A DNA stretch of 64,000 bases from the human T2T-CHM13v2.0 reference genome, Homo sapiens: assembly GCF_009914755.1 (NCBI RefSeq), contig NC_060937.1. The stretch is one strand, 5' to 3'. Each line of letters starts with the position of its first letter. Position 1 is the first letter of the stretch. Positions 16,418 through 29,795 of the stretch are shown here, in pieces. The notes under the pieces were generated by a model that had not been told where the DNA came from, made no database searches, and saw only the letters and a program-made list of their open reading frames with translations. Position numbers and translations under genes: made by a program.

Positions 16418-18650
16418 CACCACACACACACTCATCACACACACACTCATCACACACACACCACACACACTCATCACACACGCTCATCACACACACACTC
16501 ATCACACACACCACACACACTCATCACACACATGCTCATCACACACACCACACACTCATCACACACGCTCATCACACACACTCATCACACACACCACACA
16601 CTCATCACACACATGCTCATCACATACCACACACACACTCATCACACACGCTCATCACACACACCACACACACTCATCACACACATGCTCATCACACACA
16701 CCACACACACTCATCACACACGCTCATCACACACACTCATCACACACGCTCATCACACACACTCATCACACACACCACACACTCATCACACACATGCTCA
16801 TCACATACCACACACACACTCATCACACACACACCACACACTCATCACACACACGCTCATCACACACACACCACACACACATCACACACATGCTCATCAC
16901 ACACCACACATACACTCATCACACATGTTCATCACACACACGCATCTCACATGCATCACACTCATGCACCACACACATGCTCACACACACATCATACACA
17001 CCACGCACACCATCACACACACTCATCACACACACACCACACACACTTATCACACGCATGCTCATCACACACACACCACACACGCTCATCACACACATGT
17101 TCATCACACACATGTTCACACACACACCACACATGCTCATCACACATACGTTCATCACACACATGCACCACACACATGTTCATCACACACACGCATCACA
17201 CACACCACACACATGCTCATCACACACATGCATCACATACCACATGCACTCATCACACACACAACTCATCACACATGCTCATCACACACCACGCTCACTC
17301 CACACACACACCACACATGATCATCACACACTCATCACACACCACACATGTTCATCACACATCACACACACACTTATCACAAACATGATCATCACACACA
17401 TGCTCATCACACACCACACATGTTCATCACACATCACACACACACTTATCACAAACATGATCATCACACACACATCACACACACCACACATGCTCATCAC
17501 ACTCATCAACACACACTAATCACACTTGCATCACACACATGCTCATCACACACGCATCACACACATTCATCACACACACACTTATCACACACACACCACA
17601 CACATGCTCATCACACACATGCTCATCACACACACCACACACACTCATCACACACACCACACATATTCATCACACACACATTCATCACACACACCACACA
17701 CATCACACACACATGATCATCACACATATGCTCATCACACATTCACACACACACCACACACATGCTCATCACATACACCACACACTCATCACACAAACAC
17801 TCACACACATAGCACACATGCTCATTACACACATGCTCATCACACACTCATCACACACCACACACACTCATCACACACACATCACATATGCTCATCACAC
17901 ATGCTCATCACACACATGCTCATCACACACTCATCACACACATGCTCATCACACACACCACACACACAGTCATCATACACACTAATCACACACCACACAT
18001 ATGCTCATCACACGTGCTGATCACACACATTCATCACACACCACACACATATTCATACACTCATCACATGCACACCACACACACTCATCACACACATTCA
18101 TCACACACACAACACACACGTTCATCACACACTCATCACACACATGCCACACAATGCTCATCAAACATGCCACACACATGCTTATCACACATGCTCATCA
18201 CACATGCCACACACGCTCATCATGCACATTAATCACACTCACACCGTGCACACTCATCACACACTCATCGCAAACACATTCATCACACATGATCATCACA
18301 CACGTCACACATACCACACATACGCTCATCATACACACTCATCACAAGCAACCCACACACACTCATCACACACACACATGCACACCTGCCAGACACCACA
18401 CGCACCACACCATATATACACTCAACCATCACAGGCACACACACACCACACACACAAACTCATCACACATACACCTGCACACACGGCCACACACACTGGG
18501 CCATCACACAGACACCATGCACCACACACACTCATCACACACACCACACACACAAATCGGGCCATCACACAGACACCATGCACCGCACACACTCATCACA
18601 CACACCACACACACAAATCCAATCACCTCACACACCCATCCACCCCCATC
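16418..18650. repeat. About 2.2-kb CA-rich minisatellite; degenerate units of ~17-24 bp (ctcatcacacacac(c)acaca variants)
   Basis: Hundreds of near-repeats of 'cacacactcatcacacac[g/a]ctcatcacacacaccacaca'. A ~58-bp higher-order duplication sits at ~18490-18610. It produces the long H/T-rich ORFs at 16287-18872. Confidence 0.9.
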
Positions 18651-21600
18651 ACAGCCCCCACCTCTGCTGAATGGAGCCCCACCATCCTTCAGTGGCCAGC
18701 TGGCACCTCGTCCTTGACGTGCCCCATCACACTTCCCTCTCCCGCCCACGAGGACCTCGGTAATGTCGCCCCTGAAACTGCTGCGGAACCTGGAGCCCAC
18801 TGTGATGCAGAATTGGAATCCCAGCTCAGCCCCCTGCACTCCCGATTGCCCAGAAGAATGCCTTATTCCTGAGAGCCCCTTGGTTCTTCTCCCTCTCAGG
18901 TTAGGTGAGAAGGTCAATCTGGCCCTGCGGGTTATGCTGCCGGTTACATGAGAACCTCGTCGGCATGAAGAGGCCAGGCAGGTCCTCCGACAGTGCCACA
19001 GCCCCAGGCTTGTGCAGCTAAATCACGGAGGCCTTCCAGGCCCTGAACAGGAACCGGACGGGGCCCGAATGACACTGCTGGGGGGCCGCTCTCTGGATGC
19101 CATTGTGGCCGGGTACCGGGATGGTCGGCTGCTTGATTCCATGACTTAAAGCTAGATTTGGCCTTTTAAGCCTCTGTCTCAGTGCCCTTGGGTCCCTTCT
19201 GCGGCTCACCTACCTGTCTCTCGGTCTCTGGGGTGGGCTGGCAGGGTTCATTCTGGGACCTAGGTGGTGTGGCAGCAGTGGCTGTCATGGTGCAGAGCCG
19301 GCTTCTCGGAGTGCCTGGTCTGGGGATCCCCAGGGAAGGCACTGAAGCTGTCTCCTTGGCTCCCGGGCCTGTGAGGCCCAGCCAGCTCCACCCCTGCCCC
19401 ACCCACCCCAAGCCCCACAGGGGTCCCCTACCTGGCAGCTCAAGTCCAGCCCCCTTTCCCAGGGCCCTGGGGGGCCCCATCCCCACCTCGTGCCAATCAA
19501 GGGTGATGTGTGGGCTGCTGGGCCTTTGGTCCCTGTTAGGGTCGCTCAGAGAAGCCTGGGTGGACATGAAAGTTCGAGGCTTCCAAGCCAAGACTCAGGA
19601 ATAAGCAGGGACCTTGCCTGTAGCGTCCCCAACTCCTGAGCAGCTCTCCAGCTTCTGGCTCCCCTGGCTCTTTTTGGCTGAGGGGGCTCCTCTGTGTAAC
19701 TCGGCCAGGCCCTCTTTCCAGGCTTTTATTCTTCCTGCAGTCAGAGAAGGGGACAGAGGGGGCCTCTGGTGCCAGCTCTGAGGCCTCTCTTGAAGCCCAG
19801 CCTGAAGGTGTCTGTCCCCACCTGCTGCCACCCCCACCCTGAGATGGGGGCTTAGAGCCTTTGCCCTGGTGGCTTGCCCTGCTGGGACTCCTTCCTCTAA
19901 TCTCAGAATGACCGACCCCTCGCCTCCCTCACGTCGCCGTTTCAGAGCTACTTTCTCACCCAGACCCCTGACCGGTGCTCCTAGTTTCCCCACCCACCTG
20001 TGCTACGTGTTCCCAGGTGTCTGCCACCTGCAGCAGGCTGCCCAGTCATTTCTCCCTCCCGGTGTGCTTTCACCATCGAGCCCCTTCTGGCCCCATCCTC
20101 CAGCTCCCGCCGTGTTGCTCAGAGCAGCTCACGGTGCACGGCGACTCCGGGGAATGGGGTTCCCACAGCTCCTCGGCTTCCATAAAGGCCACGGCGGGCT
20201 CTGCAGGGCAAGCTGGCCTCTGCGATCACTGCGCAGTGACCCCTCACAAGTAGCATTTTTGCACTTGGGAATCTACACGTTTTTTCATTTTAAAAGGAGT
20301 GTGTCCCTGCTGTTTGAGAAATATGCCCAGGAACACAGCCCTTCTCAGAGAGTCTGGATACTTAAAAGGAAAGCTCTTGATTACATAGGGGAGTTCACCG
20401 TGGTGCAGTGTTGGCTGAGGCATGGCCAGCACAGGGCAGGAGCTGGGGGATTGGCACCTCTGAGGACAGGAAGACACTCATGGTAGCAGCAACACACTGG
20501 TTGCACCTGCAGAGGCCACAGGCTCAGCAGAGCTGCCCTGGCGATGCTGGTGATTTCGGGAGCTCTCTCTAGAGGGCCGGGAGATACTGCAGCCTCAGAA
20601 GTGGCCGCCAGGAGTGCCTCTGGCAGATTGAGATGGTGATTTAGCTGGTGATCATGCCGCCGTCCGTGTTCACTCTCCATCAGAAGCCACACCTCACTCT
20701 CTTAGAGCGAGGGAGAGACACACTCAAGCTGGGGGTGAATGGCATCTGCAGAGCCAGATCCAGGGGCCAGGAGGATCGGGGACTCCCCGGGAGGAGTCTC
20801 CATGCCACGTGAGTCAATCAGGGAACCCTAACTGGAAAGCAGTAATACAAAGTAATTGAGTTTAATACATAATTTAGATGGTTACTCGTTAAGCTAATGC
20901 CTCCCGCTTAGGTGTGGGGAGAAAATTATTTATCTCATAGACGGGGAAGATTTCATTTGTTTTTATAATGGAATGCTTACCAATTGACTTTAGTAAGAGC
21001 AGTTTGTTAAATCAGATTTTGAATTGGTGCATAGATTTGAAGTTCATAAGTTAGTTTTTGATGTGATATACTTAGCGCCTCCCTTCTTCCCTTAAAGTGG
21101 CTGGATTTATTCTCCCATGAGGCTGTGCGCTCATTGTTGTCCTGCATTATGGAAATTACATCGGTTCTCCGTGGTGTCTTCATGAGAGGCAATTTTACTC
21201 CTGACTTCTACCGTTTTTTTTTTTAATTTAAGAAGGGACATTAAAGAGACTCTGCTTGCTGCTTTGCGGGGACTTTTTCCTCTTGAAAACAGTCCCAGGG
21301 CTGCAAACAAATGCTTTGGTTAAATACCAGAAAGGAACTTACTAACAACTCCTTACTTGGGTCCAACCAACTGTCATTCATTAACCTGTTTGATTTTCTC
21401 AGCAATCCTGTGAAGTCAAGCGGCCGCTAGGAACCCAGCTCGTGTGTGTGCACGTTGAGGCCCCGGGCCTGGTCACCACCCATAGCTGGGTGCTGGCCTG
21501 GCAGTGGGGACCAGGCCTTTCATACCCACAAAGCAGGGCTGCCTGGGCCTGGACCCAAGCTCATCTGGCCAGCCCAGTGATGGCGACCCTGACTCAGTTT

Positions 21601-22349
21601 CCCTATCAACAGAACAGGGATAAGATACTGAGTACCTTGGAGAGGGTTTGAGGATGGAAGGAGGCGATGCCTGCCCAGGGCATGGAACAGAGCCAGTACC
21701 AAGAGCTTAGCTCTGGGCATTGCAACTACCCCAGTGGAATGGCTCCCGGACCCCTCCCCGAACCAGCTCCCCCTACTCCAACAGCCATACCGCCAGGCAG
21801 ACAGCATCTGACCCAGAGGGCCCCACCCTCACGCCTGCTTCTCCCCAACTGTGGGGCCTCAGGTGGGCATCCCTGTGCTCCAGGTCTCAGCGTCCTCAGC
21901 TATGAAACAGGCTGCTGAGGCCTCCCTAGGGCACCCAGCATCCCTGCTGAGGGCAGAGGGGATCTTGCTGACAGGCTGCAGGAGACCACCCCAGGAGCCA
22001 GGGGTTTGCCCAGTCTCCTCTGGGGCAGCCGTCCAGGCAGAACCTCAGCCCCCAGATAGCAGGATCAGGGCGAAAACTAAGTCATCAGGACCACAGGCCT
22101 GCAGGCCATCCCTGCCCGGTTCATTCAGCAGCCTCAGTGACAGGTGCTGGGGAAGGCCCTGGTGCAGGCAGCCTTTATTTCAACTTTCCCTGGACCCCCA
22201 GCCCCTCCAGCTCCAGTCTCTGTGTTCCCATAGAGACCCCCAGGGCACAGCAGGGAGTGCTTTCCACAGCCCCAGCTGCACCGCACTTCCAGCTTGCCTC
22301 TGGAAACAGCCACAAATAGCAGGGCAGCACCAGAAGGCAGGCCTTTAAG

Positions 22350-22565
22350 GAGAACGAACACAGGTCTCCACCCTCAGACAAACACAGGTCTCCACCCTCA
22401 GATGAACACAGGGCTCTACCCTCAGACAAACACAGGTCTCCACCTTCAGACGAACACAGGCCTCCACCCTCAGATGAGCACAGGTCTCCACCCTCAGCAC
22501 AGGTCTCCACCCTCAGGTGAACACAGTCCTCCACCCTCACATGAACACAGGCCTCCACCCTCAGA
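22350..22565. repeat. Tandem array of ~9 copies of a 24-bp unit (AACACAGGTCTCCACCCTCAGACA/GATG)
   Basis: 'gaacacaggtctccaccctcagacaaacacaggtctccaccctcagatgaacacagggctctaccctcagacaaacacaggtctccaccttcagacgaacacaggcctccaccctcagatgagcacaggtctccaccctcag...'. Confidence 0.9.
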
Positions 22566-25334
22566 AACAGAAGCTCCACAGAGCCCCCAAGGGACCCTGG
22601 GGCACCCTGGAAGCATCCACTGCATACTGGAGCCACCTCAAGAGCCATGGGGGCTGGGAGCCCCGGGGTTCTGGGAAAGCTCTCCCCAGTGGAACATTGG
22701 AATAAATGTGCGTAGCTGTGAAAACTCCCTTTACATAAAATCAAAAAGAGAGCCTGTGTAAAACATTTCTAAATACCCAGGACCTTAAGACACAAGCCCT
22801 TCCTGCTGGGCACCTCCACAGCCGCTTCCTGCCCTTCTTGCCTCCAAGCCGGTGCAGCTCCTTCTAAAACACCTTGGTGCACCCAGGGTGCCCAGAGGAA
22901 GGCGGGAGCCCACGGGAGGCACGTGGATGGGAGTGAGCCCCTCCACCAGCTTGCTGGGAGGCAGATGGTCAGGGAAGGGGTGCCCCACCACTCTACTGCA
23001 GAAGAATCTGTTACCATGGAAGCATCCGGGGCAACGAGGAGGTGACTTTACACCCCAGGAAGTGGGGCCCTCTGCCCCAGGGATGGGTGAGCTCATTTGC
23101 CAGGAGGCCCCTTCAGACTGAGGCACCTGGGGTGGGGGGTGCAAATCCTGGTCCTGCCCCCAAGGGCCCTGGGCATGGATGCCCTCAGCAAACTCTCCCC
23201 AAGACCCAGGCACGGGGTGAGGCGGGACCTGTCCTGGAGCTCCCAGGCTGGGGCAGCAGGGAAGGACAGGGCGAGGGGCCCTGGTGTGAAAGTCCAGGTG
23301 GGAACGCCCTCAATTGCCCCCCCCGCCCCACCCAGTCCCTGACCTGAAGCTGCCTCTGGGACTGAGGAGCCTCACTCTGTCCCTGGTCCAGTGGCCCGGG
23401 CTCCCCAGCCTGTGGAGTGACAGTTGCAAGGCAAGGACAGGCAAGTGCCAGCACCCATGGCTGTGGTCCCAGTCTGGTTGCCTCAGCCTCCAGAGCCCCC
23501 AAGCCTTCACCCAGCCTTGCAGGCCCTACTGCTCACACCCGGGCTCATGGATTTGAGCCAAGCTCACCTGTCTGCCCAGTGGCTTTGGATTCAAGAGCGT
23601 CCATGGCTCCCCCTGCTCCCCAGCCTTGTCTCATAGTCCCCTGGGGTGGGCTGAAGGTCTCTGAGGGAAACCTGCTCTCACTGTGTGGAGCACAGGCCCT
23701 GGCCCACAGCAGGCCAGCAGGACTTTCTTCTTGGCTCCTCAAATGGTGCCGCGTGGGCCGTGGGCACATGTGGCTGGCGCCCAGTGTCAGTTCCTTTCAT
23801 TCACTTCCCTCTAAGCACCTCCGTGGGTGAGTGGCCACCATCCTGGACACACACAAAGCCTCAGCTGGCGTGTGGCAGGCTGGGGGGAGCTCAGCCATTC
23901 CACTCAGAGGTGGTGGCCATGGCCACTGCCCCGAAGAAAAGGAAGAACTTGTTTACAAATTGTTCACTGAAAATTGAGTTGCAAACATTGGCATCAGGCC
24001 TTGCCTGCCAGGCCACCCGGATTGGAGGGTAACTTATGAAGATTGCTTTACCTGGGGGCATGCTGGTCTATGCCTGTGAGTAATTCACACCAGGCTCATT
24101 TCAGATGCAGTCAAAGACCCCCATATTTCACCACAACCATGTAATCACAGAGCCACGTTAAAAATTCATTATTGTTTAGAATCCAGCTTGGTTTGAAAAA
24201 CACTTATTATAAAATTCAACGGCCTTTGTAAATTACCAAAAGGTTTACTCAAGAATCCTAGGTGCTGTGGTTTAGACCGGGAACTTACGATTTTATTGAT
24301 TCTGTGGGATTTTGTCTGTCCCTGCATTTATAAGGCATGATTAGTGAGTGATGAGATAATAAACTCCTCCGTGCTGGTTCGGAAATAATGATGAGTTGAG
24401 TTTGCATCCTCAAATTTCTCATGCAAACCACTCCTGCTCCAAAGAGTCCCAGATGCAACTTTGGGTGGTTTTGCAGGCAGTGTGGCCATCATCTCCCAAG
24501 GGGAGAGAGCGCAGGGGGAACTGGCTTCTCTGCTCGCCTATTTGTGGGATCCCGGCAGACCTGCCCACCGCATCCCAGGAGAGCAGCCATGGAGCCTGAT
24601 TCTGTTTCCAGGCCAGCTCGAAGCGTGCTGGGAAGCACTGGCAGAGCTCCTGCAGATGCAGATGCTCCTCTGCCTCTTTCGTGGCAGTCCAGGGACTAGA
24701 TGTGTGTCTGCACAAGCCCTCATCACTTACACGTGGTTGAACAGGCAGGACTTGGTGAATTCCTTCTCAGTTTTGTCCTGAGAGGCAGACAGCGTGCCCC
24801 TGGCAGCCTTGAAATGAGGGGTCATTTGGGGATCCTGAAAGCTGAGGTTCTAGCCCAGGAAGTGCCCCAGAGCCCGGCCATCCTGACACACTGACTCTCC
24901 TTCCATGCTGGGAGACAGCAGCTCTGCCCTGCCCACCTGCCCAGAAGTGGCCAGCTGGCTTTTTGCCAGGTTCTGCCCTCTGCAGCCCCAGAGCTACACC
25001 TGTCCTTTCTTAGAAGCTGCCAATGGCCATGAGTGTCCAGGCCACTCTGGGAAGGACTGTAGTAAAATAGTCAATGTGTTTAATCCATGTTTCCCACTGG
25101 CCCACCCATGCCTTTGACCCACAGGACAGTGGCCACGCATGTGCTTGGGAAAACCACCATAACAGGTCCAGACAAGAGTGCTGGCCTGAGCATGGGTCAC
25201 GCTAACGTGGGTGGCTCAATTAAGGAACAGGGATGGACTTCCTGTCCTGTCGCCCCCACACACTCCTGCTTCTTCTAGTGGCCATTTCTGTGTGAGGCTG
25301 GAGCACAGTGGAAGGTCTGTGAACCTGTATTAAG

Positions 25335-25480
25335 CAAAATAGAAACTAAATGTGGACTTGGACTGAAAGGAAATTGAGTTAGACAATGAAAATGGATTGG
25401 AATGGAATGGAATTCGGATTTGAACTGAATGGAATTGAATTGGAAGTGGATTAAAATGGAATTGAACTATAATCTAAACC
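25335..25480. repeat. Short (GGAAT)n/(ATTCC)n satellite-III-like stretch
   Basis: 'ggattggaatggaatggaattcggatttgaactgaatggaattgaattggaagtggattaaaatggaattgaac'. Confidence 0.5.
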
Positions 25481-28400
25481 CCAGTAGGGCAGAAAAAATG
25501 GACAGGCTGAGCCAGGGGAGCTGCCCTCACCCCATCTGTCCCCTGCCCTGGGGAACCCTCTGGTCAATACTGCTAATAGGAACTGAAAATTAAAATGGTG
25601 CTGATGGATTTTCTTTAATATGCACAGACGCATCTCAGAGTATTTCTGGAAAAGCAGTGACCGAGCCTGTAGAGGTCATGAGGCACCTGGGCCAAGCCCC
25701 GAGATGCTCCCAGAAACAGCACTTGAGTCGTGCACTTGAAATTCAAAGCGCTGTCCACCTTTGACAGAGCAAGCTCCTCTTGTCCGGCCACGTACAGTCC
25801 CTGAGCCACAGAAGAGGCCCCCAGAAGCCTCCTCCAGCAGACAGGAATGAGGAGGCCCTGCCCGTGGGGAGGGTGCATGGCGGCCTGCAGCCTGAGGAAC
25901 ACACGTGACATGGAACAGCAAGGATTTTCCACCACGGGGTTGCTCCATCTGTGCAGGGTCCCAAGGGTGCCGAGAACACTGAAGACTTCAAGGGCCTGGC
26001 ATCAAACACTGCTCTGGGGGGTAAACAGACACCTGCTGAGAGCAAAGGGAGGGCCCCCTAGAGAGCAAGAAGACTCAGCCCTCCAGTGCTGGCTGGAACG
26101 TGGAGCCGCGAGGCCACTCATCAAGGAACGGAGCAGCGTCTGGAAGTGGGAATGGCCGTGAGACGACAATAGCAAGAACACAGACTTTTGTCCTGCAACC
26201 TCAAAGAACTCAGTCCTGGTCATGGCACTTGTCACCAGTGGGATCTGGTCTTATTTTTACAGGAAATAAACACAGTCTATGAGAATTTTAGCAGGTCCAT
26301 GGCCTTTCACCCAGCATCCCTCGGCCTGCTTCTCCTGTGTATGAGAACATTCTCTTAATCAGCACCACACCATCAGCACGTTCAGGAGGCTTACAGGACC
26401 CTGTTCTGCCATCTCTCACGGTGCGGTGTTGGTCAAGAAAGTGTTCCTGGAGCAAAGCATGCTAGGCTGGCCCCCCGACTGGTGGCTTTCTCTGCGACAG
26501 GGGCTGTCTTCATTCTCCTGCATCTTTCGGGCTGGGTGGTTGGTCCAGCATCCATTCATTTCCCCGGTTTCAAGTTCTTTCCTGTGTTGAGAGGGAGAAT
26601 CCAGGAAGGACCCCCAGGCCCCGTCCCCTGGATGGCTCCAGTGAGGTTGGCAATGGGAGAAGCCAGGTGAAATTTGAAAGGTGAGGGGGACCCAGGACCT
26701 TTCCACCAGCTCATGGCTTCTCTAGCTTTCCCACCCATTCCCCTGTCACCACTACAGATGGGTTCGAGATTGGTGGCAGTTTCCTGGGCAACCCCTGAGG
26801 ATCCCTGCCACAGTGATTCAGGCTGGGCCCATCCTGGCTTTCTTTCCAGCCCTTCCCACCTCACCTCTCTGCACTGGACCCTCTGCTCTACTGCTTGGAG
26901 CGCTCCATTTCCCAGCCCCACCCAAACCCATCCATGCTTGAATTCTTTTCATTTTTTTGTTGTTCTTCTTTCTTTTTTCTTTTTCTTTTGTTTGGAGGTA
27001 GAAACAGAAGGATACCTCTTCTCCCTAAGCGCCTTTATCTCCATGCTCCTCTGCTCTCCCTGTGGTTCCTAGGCCACGCCACTGCATAAGGTTGCCACTC
27101 TGATGTTTCCCGAAGCTTGAGGCTCCCTTTCCCGGCTGGGCTTCCAGTTCCCCAGGAAGCTCGCTCCCTACCCACAGCTCCCCTGCACGTCCTGGGTGGC
27201 CCTGATGTCCCCGCTCAAACACCCATGGAGATGAAGTGTTCCAGCTCTAGCGAGAGCTCCAGGTCCACACCTTGGCCGGAGAGGACCGGAGCCTCCTCTC
27301 ATCCCCCAACCAAGTAGGCGCCTTTCTCTTCCCAGGCCCACCAAGCCCCCACCAAGCCCCCTCCAGCCAGCCCTGCATTGGCCACTCCCGCTGCCGGCAC
27401 CAAGCTGGCCAGGCTCTGAGAGCCGGCCCTGCTGCCCTGGGTCCTGGGTCCACCCCTGCAGAGCAAGCCCACCCATCCAGTCCCCGCCGCACCACCAGGC
27501 ACAGCCCTCCACAGCCCTCAGCAGTACAATCTGAAATCTTCGGGACTTGTTCTTCCTGGCTGTTTGCCTCTCTCCCCGCGGGGAGGCGCCTCTGAGTCCC
27601 CAGGCCCTGACTCTCACTCACAGTGCTCAGTGATTATTTGTTGAATGAATAAATGTCCTTGACACCCCGTCCAGCAGTCTCCCCTGCTTGCTTCTGAGCT
27701 GGTTTCTCTCTTTCACGCCTGTCCTGCCTGACTCCACTGGCTCGCTTTCCCACCCTATTCTGCGACCCTAGCATCTTTTGTTTTCTTGTATTTCTTCTTA
27801 GGTTTTGTTTTCCTTCATGATCTGTGTTCTTTGTCCTAGTGTTTTATTATGGGATAGTTCCAACATTCAGGACAAATTACATAGGGTAATATGAACCCAC
27901 CACCTGGACTGGACAAATATTAGCATTCTGCCATATTCGCTTTAGGTAATCATTTTTAGAAGTGAAACATTATGAATAGACCCCTGGTATATCATTCACC
28001 AATCCCATTTTCCTCTCTCCTCGACAGCCTTCTCAATCATGTTTGATATCTTTACCACAATCTATCCTGTTGTTTAATAAAGATATGTTGTAATACTTTA
28101 CACAAGTGGTATCCCACGGTGCATATCATGTGTGCCCTTTGTTTCTTTTTTTAACTCAACATTACATTTTCAGGCTGGTCTGCATCTGTGCAGGACCAAC
28201 TGTTGCAGATGCCCCTGTCTTACTAATTTCTGTGAGTTCTTTACACACGCTGGATGATGAACACTGGTCTGTCATGTGTAAGCAGACCAACTACTGGATA
28301 GTACTTTGTACACATATGCCATGGATGTATATAGCCTGTGTTCACTCGCCAGCCCTCATTGTTCTGATGGGTCACTGTCATAAGGGGGGCAGCCGACACA

Positions 28401-29157
28401 TTCCTGGGGAGACCTTCTTGTGCAAATATGCAAAAAGGTCTCCAGTCTAGAGAGAGGGACTTGCCAGGTGGAGGAACATGCCTGGTTCCAGCTTCACTAG
28501 GAGTAGCTAAATGGCTCTCCAAAGGGTGGAGCCAACGAACCTTCCCTTTAGCATGGGCCTAGCGCTCCCTTGCCCACTGCCAGCTTTGTTACTCTTAGAT
28601 CCTTAATCTCTGTTAATCTGATGACTGTAAAGCAAAAGGTTACTTTAATTTGCATTTTCCTGGCAACTGGGGAGAGGCTGCATCTTTTCAGGTCATTGTG
28701 TGTCTTGTTTCCTCTTCTGATAATTGCGAGTTTGTATCATTTGCCTGGTTTTCACTAAGTTCGTTATACAGTAAACATGCATATGTAAACGTATATATCT
28801 TTACTAAAACAACAGGATACTTTGTGGTAAAGATATCAAACGTGATTGATAAGGCTGTCAAGGAGAGAAGATAGTGGGATTGGTAAATGACATACCAGGT
28901 CTCAACTCTATTCATAAATGTTTCACTTCTATTTGTCTTATTGACTTGTGTGGGCTCTTTATATGAAATGGATAACCATCATCTCTCTGTTATGTTTATA
29001 GCAAATATTTCCTCCTGAGTGTGGCTGGTCTTTTGACTTTCAGCTTTGTTTGTGGCACCTTTTGTTGTATAGAAGCTATTAATCATAACAGTCAGCTTTA
29101 TCAAACTTCAATTTTATGTGGTTTATGTTTGTCTGTCTTGCTGAAGAAACTTTTATG

Positions 29158-29470
29158 GGCCAGGTGCAGTGGCTCACGCCTGTAATTCCAGCACTTTGGG
29201 ATGCCAAGGCAGGTGGATCACTTGAAGTCAGGAGTTCAAGACCAGCCTGGCCAACATGGTGAAACCCATCTCTACTAAAAATACAAAAATTAGCCCGCTG
29301 TGGTGGCGTGTGCCTGTAATCCCAGCTACTCAGGATGTTGAGGCTGGAGAATCGCTTGAACCTGGTAAGTGAAGGTTGCAGTGAGCCACTGCACTCCAGT
29401 CTGGGCAACAGAGTGAGACTCCATCTCAAAAACAAAAACAAAAAAAAAAAAAAAGAAAGAAAGAAAAAGG
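29158..29470 (+). mobile_element. Full-length Alu (AluS/Y-like) with A-rich tail
   Basis: 'ggccaggtgcagtggctcacgcctgtaattccagcactttggga...gagactccatctcaaaaacaaaaacaaaaaaaaaa'. Confidence 0.95.
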
Positions 29471-29795
29471 AACTTTTCTGTACTTTGACATCATAAAGCT
29501 ATTTCACTATAGTTTATTCCAAATGTTTTAAAGTTTTGCATTTCATAAGTAGGACTTTAACCCATCTGAACTTTATTCCTGGTGCAGTGTTAGATAATAA
29601 TATGAATATTTTACCTTTCTGTCAGTGACATTTGACCAACAAACCCTTGTTCCTGTTGATGTATGGATTCCTGTGGTGCGTACCGAGTTTCCACTCTGTG
29701 CAGGTCTGCTTTTGCTTTTCTGTTCTGGTCTGCTGATCTGTTTATTCTTGAATAGTCTTTATCAAAACTCTAGAGGAAATCTCTTGCTATTTGGT

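Noticed and set aside
16287-18872. Very long ORFs (up to 410 aa) on the plus strand encoding H/T/S-rich 'HTHHTHSSHTLITH...' proteins, with overlapping C/V/M-rich minus-strand ORFs
   Set aside because: They are translations of the CA-rich minisatellite in several frames. There is no start-codon context, and they are low-complexity and overlap one another. Repeat artefact, not genes.
19869-20486. 205-aa plus-strand ORF and other 100-200-aa ORFs across 19100-23900 and 46000-53300
   Set aside because: The DNA is GC-rich, where stop codons are rare. ORFs overlap on both strands, are proline/arginine/glycine-biased, and show no splice-site framing or recognisable domains. Treated as spurious; protein homology search could not be run.
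22350-22565. Regularly spaced 24-bp direct repeats that could superficially resemble a CRISPR array
   Set aside because: The repeats are contiguous with no unique spacers, and the context is primate nuclear DNA full of Alu and L1. This is a eukaryotic minisatellite.
26938-27000. Polypyrimidine T/C-rich tract ('ttcatttttttgttgttcttctttcttttttctttttcttttgtttgg')
   Set aside because: Short simple low-complexity run with no further structure. Noted only as a possible polypyrimidine tract; it is too short and generic to interpret.
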